64,000 bases of DNA, taken from positions 136,256-200,255 of IMG/VR virus record IMGVR_UViG_3300044620_001883; one strand, given 5' to 3'. The notes under the pieces are model-generated. The model did not search any database. It had not been told where the DNA came from and worked only from the letters and a program-made list of their open reading frames with translations. The position numbers were made by a program, and so were the translations under genes. This DNA is from a virus. Taxonomy: Duplodnaviria; Caudoviricetes. Shown piece by piece: positions 23,589-32,599 of this stretch. Position 1 is the stretch's first letter. The number at the start of each line of letters is the position of its first letter.

Positions 23589-26579
23589 ATGCGCGTCAAA
23601 GCCATCCAGTATGCGGTCAATTCGGTGCTACCTCCAGAGCTGCGCGACTATCAACGCCCTCTGGACGGTAAAGGGATCGAGCGTCTGATGCACCAGGTGG
23701 CGGTAAGCTACCCGGACAAATATGCGGAGGTGCTCCGTCACATCGGTGACCTGGGACGCAACGCCGCGTACTGGCAAGGTGAGACCATGGGACTCGATGA
23801 TCTGCGCGACGTCATCGACACGCCCGGCTATTTGCGCCAGATGGACACGGAGGTCGACGCAGCCACACGAGGCCTCAAGGATCCGCAGGCGATCCGGGAA
23901 GCCCGGGAGGGTGTCTGGCATAAATGGGCGTCCAAGCTGGAGCGCGACACCATGACGGCCGCGCTGGTGAAGAACAACGCGATCGGTGAATCTGTGGCAT
24001 CCGGAGCACGCGGCAAGCCTGTGCAGGCCCGCGCTATGCTTTCCACGCCGGCGATCTTCGAAGACAGCCAGGGTCGCACCATCCCGCTCTTCGCCCGCAG
24101 TTCTTACTCCCAGGGTGTGTCTCCTGGTGCCTGGCTTGCTGGGACCTACGGCGCCCGCAAGGCAGTCGTGAGTACAAAGGTCTCGACTGCCAAAGGTGGG
24201 TTCTTGGCGAAAATGCTCACACAGGTTGCTGCTCCTCTGATCGTGACTGAGCCAGACTGCGGAACCACCAACGGCATCGATCTTTCCAAAGACGCGCCCG
24301 ACCTGCGCAACCGCTTCCTGGCCGCCCCTGCCGGTGGGCTTGACGGTGGGTCTCTTCTGGACCGCAAGGGCATCGCGCAGATCAAAAACAAGTTCAAGGG
24401 CGACACCATCCTGGTGCGATCTGCTCTGACCTGCCAGGCCCCTCGTGGTGTTTGCGCCAAGTGTATCGGGGCAGACCCGCGCGGACAGCTCCACCGTGTT
24501 GGCTACGCCGCAGGGATCACAGCCTCGAACGCGCTCGGAGAACCTGCTTGTTTGCATGGTAGCACCCTGGTGCGCATGGCAGATGGAAGTGTCAGACCGA
24601 TCACCGCTATCCGAGTTGGTGACATGGTGCTAGGCGCGGATATACAAGGGGTGCTGCGTCCAACAAGGGTCATGAATACGTTCGTGAACGGTATGCGTCA
24701 CTGCTTTAGAACGGTTGTGCGTAAGGGCTTCGGTGCCAAGTCTGATCGTATCGAGTTAATTTCCACAGCAGAACATAAAGTTCTAAGCTTCAAAGGCAAA
24801 CGTCACAAGAAGGCGTATCCAACTATCGCAAGCATAGAAATGCCAGCAGAAGTAAACCCCCAACACAGCGTGTACATGGCAGCGGGTTGCCCTGATTTCG
24901 TAGGCGTTGTCGAGCCGTGGGCCATGCTGCTCGGGGCACTTACAGGTGACGGTTGTTACACCGGAGGAAAAGGCTCTGATGGCAAAGGCATCGGTTTTTC
25001 CTGCTACGATCAGCTTCTCACTGAAGACATGCAGAGAGCGCTACATGCACACGGATTGAAGCTGAGCGGCAGCGAAGCAAGCGAGTTTCGTGTAAACATG
25101 CAAGACCAATATAGCGCGTTCGAATACATCGATGGTAAATTAGTACGTAACAAGCTGCGTGCGGTGCTTATCAAAGAAGGTATGTGGGGGCAGTACAGTG
25201 GTGAAAAAACACCTCCAAGAAACATTCAGAGGTGGGACAACGCATCCGTAGCAGCTTACATCGGTGGGTTGCTGGCCACAGATGGGTGGATCACCACAAC
25301 CGGAAGTGTTGCTGGGTTTAGCAGCAACTCCCAGCTGCTGCTGCAGACTGTCAAGGACCTGTGTGAGCTGCGTTTTGGTATCTACGGATCGCGCATAATC
25401 CCGAAGTACAAAAGAAAGAAAGGGACCCAACAGTTTTACGCACCAACGTTTGAGTTCACGATCTGCGGCGCAGAGAACATGCGAAAGTTGTTCGCGCATA
25501 TACCTGTGCCAGGTTGCAAACAAGCAAGGCTGCAAAAGAAAGCACAGGAACCAACTAAAACACGCATGTGCGCGGGGCGTTTCACCGTGCTTGAGCAAGT
25601 GTACTACGGGTTTGAGATGACTTACGACATTGAGGTGGACAACGACACCCACCTCTTTGCGCTCGCCAATGGTCTGGTTGTTTCAAACACACAGGCGGCC
25701 CTGCGGGAAAAGCACACATCAGGCGCAGCGTCTAAGAAGGCCTCGTACTCGGGGTTGGATTGGCTGCAGCGGTTCGTGCAGGTGCCAGACAGTTTCCCAG
25801 ATCGCGCCCCCGTGGCTGAGCAAGATGGGACCGTGACGGTCATGGAGGCCCCGCAAGGTGGTCACTATGTACACATCGGAGATCAGGAGCATTACGTACC
25901 GGCCAACCTGGAAGTAACCGTCAAGACAGGCGAGCGTGTTGAAGCCGGGCAACCTCTGTCGGAAGGGGTCGTGCGCCCTGATGACGTGGTGCGGTTGCGT
26001 GGCGTTGGGGAAGGTCGCCGATACTACAGCGACCGCCTTGGGCAGATGTTTGCCGACTCAGGCTTCCGCGCGGACCCGCGCAACGTCGAGCTGATTGCGC
26101 GTGCGGCGGTCGATCATGTGCAGATCGACGATCCTGAGGATCTGCCAGACGGTGTGCTCCCTGACGACACAGTACAGTTCGGGGAGTTCATGCGCAATTA
26201 CGAGCCCGCCGAGGGATCCCAAATACGGGATATCAAGGAGGCCGCCGGCCAGTACCTACAGCAGCCCGCCCTCCACTACACACCCGGCACCAAACTCACA
26301 GGCAGCATGGTCGAGCGTCTAGGCAAGGCTGGCATCTCGAAGATCATGACCAACGAGAAAGCGCCGCCTTTCCACCCCGCAATGGTGCGCCTTCAAACGT
26401 CCTCGTTTTCAAATCCGGATTGGCTGGCCAGCTTGTCGACCTCTTACCTCGGCAAACAGCTCGCCACGGGAGCGGCGCGCGGGCAGGACACCAACATCGA
26501 ACACAACATCCACTTTGCACCCCGGCTTGCTGTGGGTGTAGACTTTGGCAAGAACATCGAAACCACCGGAGAATTTTGA
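23589..26579 (+). CDS. Phage RNA polymerase beta'-like subunit, C-terminal part (bridge helix, Zn site, trigger loop); intein-containing
   Basis: SGARGK; GTYGARKAVVSTKVSTAKGGFLAKML (bridge helix); EPDCGT; RSALTC..PRGVCAKC; ALGEPA/TQAALREKHTSG (trigger loop); region-H-like C-terminus. Confidence 0.92.
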   Translation: MRVKAIQYAVNSVLPPELRDYQRPLDGKGIERLMHQVAVSYPDKYAEVLRHIGDLGRNAAYWQGETMGLDDLRDVIDTPGYLRQMDTEVDAATRGLKDPQAIREAREGVWHKWASKLERDTMTAALVKNNAIGESVASGARGKPVQARAMLSTPAIFEDSQGRTIPLFARSSYSQGVSPGAWLAGTYGARKAVVSTKVSTAKGGFLAKMLTQVAAPLIVTEPDCGTTNGIDLSKDAPDLRNRFLAAPAGGLDGGSLLDRKGIAQIKNKFKGDTILVRSALTCQAPRGVCAKCIGADPRGQLHRVGYAAGITASNALGEPACLHGSTLVRMADGSVRPITAIRVGDMVLGADIQGVLRPTRVMNTFVNGMRHCFRTVVRKGFGAKSDRIELISTAEHKVLSFKGKRHKKAYPTIASIEMPAEVNPQHSVYMAAGCPDFVGVVEPWAMLLGALTGDGCYTGGKGSDGKGIGFSCYDQLLTEDMQRALHAHGLKLSGSEASEFRVNMQDQYSAFEYIDGKLVRNKLRAVLIKEGMWGQYSGEKTPPRNIQRWDNASVAAYIGGLLATDGWITTTGSVAGFSSNSQLLLQTVKDLCELRFGIYGSRIIPKYKRKKGTQQFYAPTFEFTICGAENMRKLFAHIPVPGCKQARLQKKAQEPTKTRMCAGRFTVLEQVYYGFEMTYDIEVDNDTHLFALANGLVVSNTQAALREKHTSGAASKKASYSGLDWLQRFVQVPDSFPDRAPVAEQDGTVTVMEAPQGGHYVHIGDQEHYVPANLEVTVKTGERVEAGQPLSEGVVRPDDVVRLRGVGEGRRYYSDRLGQMFADSGFRADPRNVELIARAAVDHVQIDDPEDLPDGVLPDDTVQFGEFMRNYEPAEGSQIRDIKEAAGQYLQQPALHYTPGTKLTGSMVERLGKAGISKIMTNEKAPPFHPAMVRLQTSSFSNPDWLASLSTSYLGKQLATGAARGQDTNIEHNIHFAPRLAVGVDFGKNIETTGEF
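24549..25688 (+). mobile_element. Intein with LAGLIDADG homing endonuclease (380 aa) at GEPA|TQ of the trigger-loop region
   Basis: Starts CLHGSTLVRMADG and ends TYDIEVDNDTHLFALANGLVVSN before Thr+1; MLLGALTGDG and YIGGLLATDG. Confidence 0.93.
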
Positions 26580-26587
26580 TCCCCCAT

Positions 26588-27364
26588 ATGCTCACCCCAT
26601 CCAGAACCGCCAAAGAGTACGAGGAGATGCTGGACTTCGCGGAGCGGACCCAACAGGTCAAGCAGGCGCTGAACCCCCTTGCTCCCTTGAAGGCGCTCGG
26701 TAACGCTGTCTCACGTGGGGTTCAAAAGATCCCATTTATCGGGAAGCCTGCGGTCGCCTCCACTCCCTATCAGTTTGGTTACGGCGTGCCTGGTGCGGAA
26801 GTCGCCAGCGCCGCAGGCCAAGCCGCCACAGGACTCTTCAAGTGGGCACCCGCCGCGGGACGGCTCGCCACTGCTCCCATGCGCTGGGCGGCCAACAATC
26901 CACTGACGACCGTTATAGGAGGCGGAGCGTTGGCTCAAATCAACAGTACAGCTGACGACCTTCGGAACCGCATCGGTTCCTTTGCGGACGGTGTCTCGCA
27001 CGGTGCCGCCGGTACGCTCCATGGTTTCGCCAACGCCCCGTTCGCTCAACGCTTGTCCGGCGCGTTGTTCCCGCAGGCGGCAATGAACAGCGAGAGCATG
27101 GGAGAGGCCATCAAGGCCCACACGGCCAAGCAGATGCAACAACAGTCCGCACCGGTGCGCATGATGCTCGGGGACACAATGGCACCGAGCATCATGGACA
27201 AGCTGCGGTTGATGCAGGCCGGGCAGAGTCCTGATTTGTCCCCGCGTGTCCGCGAACTTCTCCCGTTGGCAGGGGAGGCCCGCTTGCGAGGCATGCAGGA
27301 CCTGTGGAAGAAGATCGAGGACTACACGACGCAGGGCACCAATGCCACTACCGCTGGTACTTGA
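26588..27364 (+). CDS. Hypothetical virion-associated protein, Ala/Gly-rich amphipathic
   Basis: VKQAL motif; TTVIGGGALAQ; lies between RNAP and head genes. Confidence 0.7.
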   Translation: MLTPSRTAKEYEEMLDFAERTQQVKQALNPLAPLKALGNAVSRGVQKIPFIGKPAVASTPYQFGYGVPGAEVASAAGQAATGLFKWAPAAGRLATAPMRWAANNPLTTVIGGGALAQINSTADDLRNRIGSFADGVSHGAAGTLHGFANAPFAQRLSGALFPQAAMNSESMGEAIKAHTAKQMQQQSAPVRMMLGDTMAPSIMDKLRLMQAGQSPDLSPRVRELLPLAGEARLRGMQDLWKKIEDYTTQGTNATTAGT

Positions 27365-27377
27365 GCAGTACAGGCGC

Positions 27378-27406
27378 TTGCACGAATCGAAAGTCGCCCG
27401 CATGTT
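27378..27406 (+). promoter_or_regulatory. Putative promoter TTGCAC-N17-CATGTT
   Basis: Fits the window-wide pattern; implies the start is ATG 27420 rather than 27402. Confidence 0.5.
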
Positions 27407-27419
27407 TAACGTCAACAGC

Positions 27420-29744
27420 ATGCACCCCTCCATTTTATCCACGCTTTCCAAAGTTGCAGCCACGCAAACACCCGACGACAAGCAGGTCGAGCAGGCGTTC
27501 GCCGAACAGGCCTACATGATGTGTTCCAACAAGGCGGGGGTGCTCATGAAAGACCCCTACCGGATCGGGTTTGAGATCATCACCAAGAATGATGACAACA
27601 CCAAGCTGCTTGGTACATGGGGCTACCGCCTCGGTCGCAACTCCGCCGACCAGCTTCTGCATGCGCCATGCGCGTTCATCAACGGGCGCATTCTCATGAC
27701 GGATCTTCTCTACCGCGCAGGCCCGAAGAAGTTCGTGGTCCATTGCCCGGACTGGGGCCAATACCTGGTGGACATGGAAGCCCAGGAGTACGGAAGGGCC
27801 CAAGACAAGTCCGACACAGCCAAGCTGCACAACAACTTCCGGGCCGAGCGCTTCCTTCGCACACCGGCAGCTTTCGGGAAAATTGCTTCTGAAGACCTTC
27901 CTGCAGACTGGCAGACGCTGGTCAGCGACTGGTGTCGTCAGGTCAAAGTGGGTGGAGTGCTGCGTGACTTCATGGTCCACGTGGGACGTGACACCGCGCT
28001 CGACACCCTGATGAGCTGGATGGACAAGTCCGCCAAATTTGAGCGCGCCGTGGGACTGCACCTGCCGACAGACACCTGGATGCCGGCCGAAATGTTGCAT
28101 GACACCAAAGAGGCTGCTGCAAAAGACAACGTGGTGCTGCGCTACTTCAGCGGCGCGCCGACAGAGGAGATGCTCAAGCAGGCGAGCCATCCGGAAAAGG
28201 TCGCGGCCGAGCTGTACCAACGTGGCTGGTCCATGGACGCCCCGGAGAACATCGACCCACCTGAACACTTCACCGTCGTGTATGATGGCGGACCGCCTGT
28301 ACTGCGCAACCCCACCGGGCCTGGCGTCTGCATGCTCATCACCGCTGGTGGTGAAAAGGTCGAAGTCGTGGTCGGTACTGCCCTGTCGGGGTGGGACCTG
28401 ACTTCAGATTCGTCCTCGAATGTCGGCGGTTACAACCCACCATCTCTCACTGCTTATGGGGACGACCGTCCCGCCCGCCCGCGCATGACGGTTCTGAACA
28501 TCAGCAATTCGCAGGATGTCGGGACACTCTACGAAGGCAACGCGTCGCTCTGGAGCGAACCTCAGGACACCGGCACGCTGGACGAAGCCGGCACACCGGT
28601 GGAGGACATCACTGCTGACAACCTGTATTGTCTTCTGGATCCGGTGAACGGGGAGCTGACCGAGCCTGTGTACGTCATGGACAAACGCAAAGTCGGCGCA
28701 GTCTGGCACGTCACGGTGGCCCGCCATTCCGGCGGAACCGGCGGGTTGTTGGTCATCAATCCGGATGCCGCCAAACCACGGCTTCGCAATGTCATCAACA
28801 GCAAGTGGCGCGCCTTCAAGGTCCCTCACGAAAACTACACACGTGCCAGACCAGCAGGCGGTCTTACGTCGGACACCAACAAGTACGCCCCAGAGTGGAA
28901 TGTGAAACCGTTGGTGCCCGCGAGTGAGCAAGACGTCACAGCCAGCATGCTGGAGATGCCGGGCGTCAAGGAAGCTTCACTCTCACACGAGACAGAGGCC
29001 GGACAGGATCTGTACACATTGCGGGTCGGACACCGCTCGACACTGCTGCTGCGCGAACGCCCTATGGCGCTGAAGCTGGCGTGCGAGCTGTGTGTCCACC
29101 CTGACGCGATTCAGGCGATGCTCAAGCAGGCACGCACGCAGGGCACTGCCCGATTCCGCCTGGAACTGCCTACCAAGCTGGCCGGGGCTATGTTGCGCAT
29201 CGTCGACTCTCCGCGTTTTGAGCAGTCCTTCGACAATGTGCACCAGGTGCCGGTTGAGCGTGACCAGGCAGCAGTGCTTCGCACCGAACGCACACCGATC
29301 TTTGTCCCCAATGCGCGCATCGGTGACAAACAGGACTCCACACGAGGCGTGCGAAACCAGGAGGACAACTCCATGGAATCCAAGCATCGTGTCCCGCCTG
29401 AAATGATCATGACGGCCAGCCCGGATGAACTGGCACAGTTTGCGGAATCGCACAATCTTCCACACGTGTTCGACCACGGCGTGATGGCCAGCCTGGCCAA
29501 GACCTACGACTCACAGCTGTTCCTGGACCAGTATCTGGTGAAGCTCGAGGACGGACTCGACGCGATGGCGCGCTGTCTGTTCTTGTACTACTGGAAGCCG
29601 CAGGACTGGAAACAGCTCTACGGGGCCGACGACCTGCAGGAACTGGAGGACCAGATGCTCAGCTCCTTCAAGAGTCTTGGTGATTTGCTGCTTGCATTGC
29701 TCAAGAAATCGCGGACCAGCAACAACGCACCGCGTTTGTCGTGA
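27420..29744 (+). CDS. Large head/internal virion protein, unknown function
   Basis: About 775 aa with about ten K-x-A motifs (SKVAA, GKIAS, TKEAA, LKQAS, EKVAA, VKEAS...). Confidence 0.7.
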   Translation: MHPSILSTLSKVAATQTPDDKQVEQAFAEQAYMMCSNKAGVLMKDPYRIGFEIITKNDDNTKLLGTWGYRLGRNSADQLLHAPCAFINGRILMTDLLYRAGPKKFVVHCPDWGQYLVDMEAQEYGRAQDKSDTAKLHNNFRAERFLRTPAAFGKIASEDLPADWQTLVSDWCRQVKVGGVLRDFMVHVGRDTALDTLMSWMDKSAKFERAVGLHLPTDTWMPAEMLHDTKEAAAKDNVVLRYFSGAPTEEMLKQASHPEKVAAELYQRGWSMDAPENIDPPEHFTVVYDGGPPVLRNPTGPGVCMLITAGGEKVEVVVGTALSGWDLTSDSSSNVGGYNPPSLTAYGDDRPARPRMTVLNISNSQDVGTLYEGNASLWSEPQDTGTLDEAGTPVEDITADNLYCLLDPVNGELTEPVYVMDKRKVGAVWHVTVARHSGGTGGLLVINPDAAKPRLRNVINSKWRAFKVPHENYTRARPAGGLTSDTNKYAPEWNVKPLVPASEQDVTASMLEMPGVKEASLSHETEAGQDLYTLRVGHRSTLLLRERPMALKLACELCVHPDAIQAMLKQARTQGTARFRLELPTKLAGAMLRIVDSPRFEQSFDNVHQVPVERDQAAVLRTERTPIFVPNARIGDKQDSTRGVRNQEDNSMESKHRVPPEMIMTASPDELAQFAESHNLPHVFDHGVMASLAKTYDSQLFLDQYLVKLEDGLDAMARCLFLYYWKPQDWKQLYGADDLQELEDQMLSSFKSLGDLLLALLKKSRTSNNAPRLS

Positions 29745-30631
29745 CCGCTGAAACCATTGCCATCCTTGCAGGCTCTCTCCCGGACCATGTGATCCGGGAC
29801 AGCGGCTTTGGGGGTCGTGTGGAGTTTGAGCCGACCTGGGGCTATAACGCCGACGTGCAGCGTTTCATCTCTGCCTACCGGGATATGGATTTCGGGTGGC
29901 GGTATGTGCGGGCGCTGGTGTCCAACAAACTGCCGTTCCTGGGCGCACCACTACACGGAGACGACGAGGTTCTGTTTCGTGCTTACCTGTTCTGCCGGGA
30001 TCCGAAGCGGTACAAGTCTCCGGACATCGAGCTCGCGCTGGCGCTGGCCATGGGGCAGATGACGTCAAGCCGCGCCACTGTGGAAGGTTTACTGCTCTCG
30101 GCTGATTCGAGCTTGAAGGTTGTGGCCAAAACCACTGGCATGCCGGTGGAGGCCATTCAGGCCTTCGAGCGCCTGTTCTTCAACGTGGTGGACCGACGGG
30201 AGGACACCATGTACTTGCAGTCCATCGTGTACCCACACGGGCGCATGGTCGAGCTGGTGGAAGGTTACCTGGAGAACACCAGCTTGTGCGATTTGATCCG
30301 AAGGGCTGGGTACAACAATGGCGCAGCGGATGTCCTGTACTTGATGGGAGCCTCCAGCAGCGCGCTGGACGCCATAGCGCAGGCGTCGTCACCCAAGCAA
30401 TTGGAAAGTCTCATGATGGCCTATGGGTACATGCTGGCACGAAACGGCGGCATGAACCAGGCACGCGGCGCGGGTCTCAACAACGCCAAGGCGCTCCTGA
30501 CTGCGGGCAAGCTTGGCGGCGAAACTATTGATGACACGCCTATGGAGGCGAACATGAGTACCGTGCTGAAGAACGAGATGATGCGCTGGGCGCAACCAGC
30601 TGTGCGGTTGGTCGAGGGCGAAAGCAACTGA
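29741..30631 (+). CDS. Hypothetical protein with a possible HTH
   Basis: SSLKVVAKTTGMPVEAIQAFERLFF looks HTH-like. Confidence 0.65.
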   Translation: MTAETIAILAGSLPDHVIRDSGFGGRVEFEPTWGYNADVQRFISAYRDMDFGWRYVRALVSNKLPFLGAPLHGDDEVLFRAYLFCRDPKRYKSPDIELALALAMGQMTSSRATVEGLLLSADSSLKVVAKTTGMPVEAIQAFERLFFNVVDRREDTMYLQSIVYPHGRMVELVEGYLENTSLCDLIRRAGYNNGAADVLYLMGASSSALDAIAQASSPKQLESLMMAYGYMLARNGGMNQARGAGLNNAKALLTAGKLGGETIDDTPMEANMSTVLKNEMMRWAQPAVRLVEGESN

Positions 30632-30650
30632 GGAGCCGGAGCAAAAACGG

Positions 30651-30679
30651 TTGCGTGTGTGTCGTCACGACAGCATCGT
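30651..30679 (+). promoter_or_regulatory. Putative promoter TTGCGT-N17-CATCGT; near-leaderless to ATG 30687
   Basis: Pattern match and spacing to the ATG. Confidence 0.5.
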
Positions 30680-30686
30680 TTGCAGC

Positions 30687-32222
30687 ATGCACGCTAGGCA
30701 GATCGAATCCGCACTCAAAACTGTCATCGCACGTCTCAAATCCAAAGAGGCGGCGCGGTCACAAACAACCATGGAGAACGTACTGATCGAGTACGGCGAT
30801 GAAAACAACCTGGCACCTGCGCAGTTGGAGAAGCTGGCGCAAACGCTCAATCTGACGCTTACCCTGTCCCACGCCAAGCAGGCCAATCCGGATGGGCGCG
30901 GGGACACGTTCGACATTGTCTCCACCCCGCAGCTGCTCTCCCGGTTCATGGATCCTGAGCGCAAACCTGAGAAGTCCGCAGCCGACAAAGGCCTGCCGGA
31001 GGACGGCTGGACCGCCAAGCTCCACAAAGCGCGGGCGAAGGATTTCAAGGCACCGGCCAATGGTCTGGTGGATATCCCAGACAAGGGAAAGCTCCCAACG
31101 ATGAAAGTGGCTTCGGCACAGTGTGAGGAGCTGCCAAGCTGGCAGGGATTCACAGTGGGAGATCACTTCAAGGACACTCCCCGCAGCGCTCCGCGTTGGG
31201 CGACCATCGACAAAGTCATGGACAACCCCCAACAGACCAGTGGTTGGCACAAGGAGGCCTCCGCTGCTTTACGCGCACCGACAGTCAATGCGGCTGTCCT
31301 GAGTGAGATGGCCGACACGGCCTGGGTGAACATGCGCAACGGCTTGAACAAGCTGGCTGCGTTGATGCGGCACAATGTCGGCATCTACCCTGAAATCATC
31401 CAGGATATCCGGGCCTGCAACGTGAAGGGCGCGGCCGTGGTGTCGCTGTTCGACCGGCATCTGGATGCGCTCGTGCTCCCACGCAGCCCGGTGCCACCTG
31501 ACACTCGTGACTTCTACCGTGACAGGCACAAGGTGGCCGCAATCGTTGACGCTATCCTTGACGCCCATGAGGAGCGCCAGGCGTGCCTCGCCGTGCGGGA
31601 GGACATCTTGCGCGCCAAGGAAGCGGGCACTGCGACAGAGACACGCCCTGACACTTCTGTAAAAAAAAAGGAGCGACGTGCTGATATCCCAGACCCCAAC
31701 AGTTACTTTCCAGACCGCGTCGTAGCTGAAAACACCACCCCGCAGGCCCTGCGGGATGCTCTGTTTAGCGCCAGTTCCCTTGGACAAGGCGTGGCGGGAG
31801 CGGGTGCCTCAGCGGCCCAAGGGCTAGCATCTCAGACGTCCAACGTACTGCCCACCGCGACAGATCAAGCCCAGCGCATGTCCGACGGCTACGCGACATT
31901 GTTCGGAGACTCGCACTCGAAACAGTACAACCGGCTGGCCACCAAGATGGAAGCCTGGCAGCAAGGTGCGGTTTTGCAGCGCCTTCTTATGACTGACGAG
32001 GTGCTGTCCAAAATGGACCCGTCGCAGGTTATCGGCGCCTTTCAAACGCTGCGTGCCAACAGCCCGCGCGTGGCGCGCGACATCAACGTGAGCCGCACGC
32101 TTTTGCGCGAGGCTCTTCAACACCAGGGTGTTCCGCTGCAGCAGATCAAGACGCTTCGGGACGTCGAGGGTAAAACCCGACCAGACCCAACCGTCGAGTC
32201 CAATTCCAAAGAACGTTCATGA
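30687..32222 (+). CDS. Head/internal virion protein, unknown function
   Basis: About ten K-x-A motifs (SKEAA, EKSAA, MKVAS, HKEAS, NKLAA, HKVAA, AKEAG). Confidence 0.7.
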   Translation: MHARQIESALKTVIARLKSKEAARSQTTMENVLIEYGDENNLAPAQLEKLAQTLNLTLTLSHAKQANPDGRGDTFDIVSTPQLLSRFMDPERKPEKSAADKGLPEDGWTAKLHKARAKDFKAPANGLVDIPDKGKLPTMKVASAQCEELPSWQGFTVGDHFKDTPRSAPRWATIDKVMDNPQQTSGWHKEASAALRAPTVNAAVLSEMADTAWVNMRNGLNKLAALMRHNVGIYPEIIQDIRACNVKGAAVVSLFDRHLDALVLPRSPVPPDTRDFYRDRHKVAAIVDAILDAHEERQACLAVREDILRAKEAGTATETRPDTSVKKKERRADIPDPNSYFPDRVVAENTTPQALRDALFSASSLGQGVAGAGASAAQGLASQTSNVLPTATDQAQRMSDGYATLFGDSHSKQYNRLATKMEAWQQGAVLQRLLMTDEVLSKMDPSQVIGAFQTLRANSPRVARDINVSRTLLREALQHQGVPLQQIKTLRDVEGKTRPDPTVESNSKERS

Positions 32223-32599
32223 TCATCATCCGCCACACCATTGAATTGCTAGGTCGTAACTGGATCTGTACGTTCCAGTTAGATCCGGCCGCCGCCAATC
32301 CCATCTCCCCACTCCAGCAGGAAAAACTGCGGCAGTTCGGACAGATGCAAGTCGCCCGCGGTGGTACAGTGACACCCGCAACAGGCGACCCTGTCGTTCT
32401 GGCCGAGGCTGACGTTTACCTTCCCGGGGACTTTCCATTCAAGCAGGTCTTCAGCCTGGATGATTATGACAACGCGGCGAGTCTGGTTACAGCCTGGAAG
32501 ACCTTGATGTTGTCTCGTATCCAGGCGGCAAATCTGACCTTCATGGCAAACACGGCAGCACCTGTCGAGGGCTCCACCACCATCACTGACGATGCATAA
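32219..32599 (+). CDS. Hypothetical structural protein
   Basis: 126 aa, coupled within the head operon. Confidence 0.7.
   Translation: MIIIRHTIELLGRNWICTFQLDPAAANPISPLQQEKLRQFGQMQVARGGTVTPATGDPVVLAEADVYLPGDFPFKQVFSLDDYDNAASLVTAWKTLMLSRIQAANLTFMANTAAPVEGSTTITDDA

Noticed and set aside
29741-30631. Terminase small subunit
   Set aside because: Only a vague HTH-like segment, and no large terminase or portal gene was recognised nearby.
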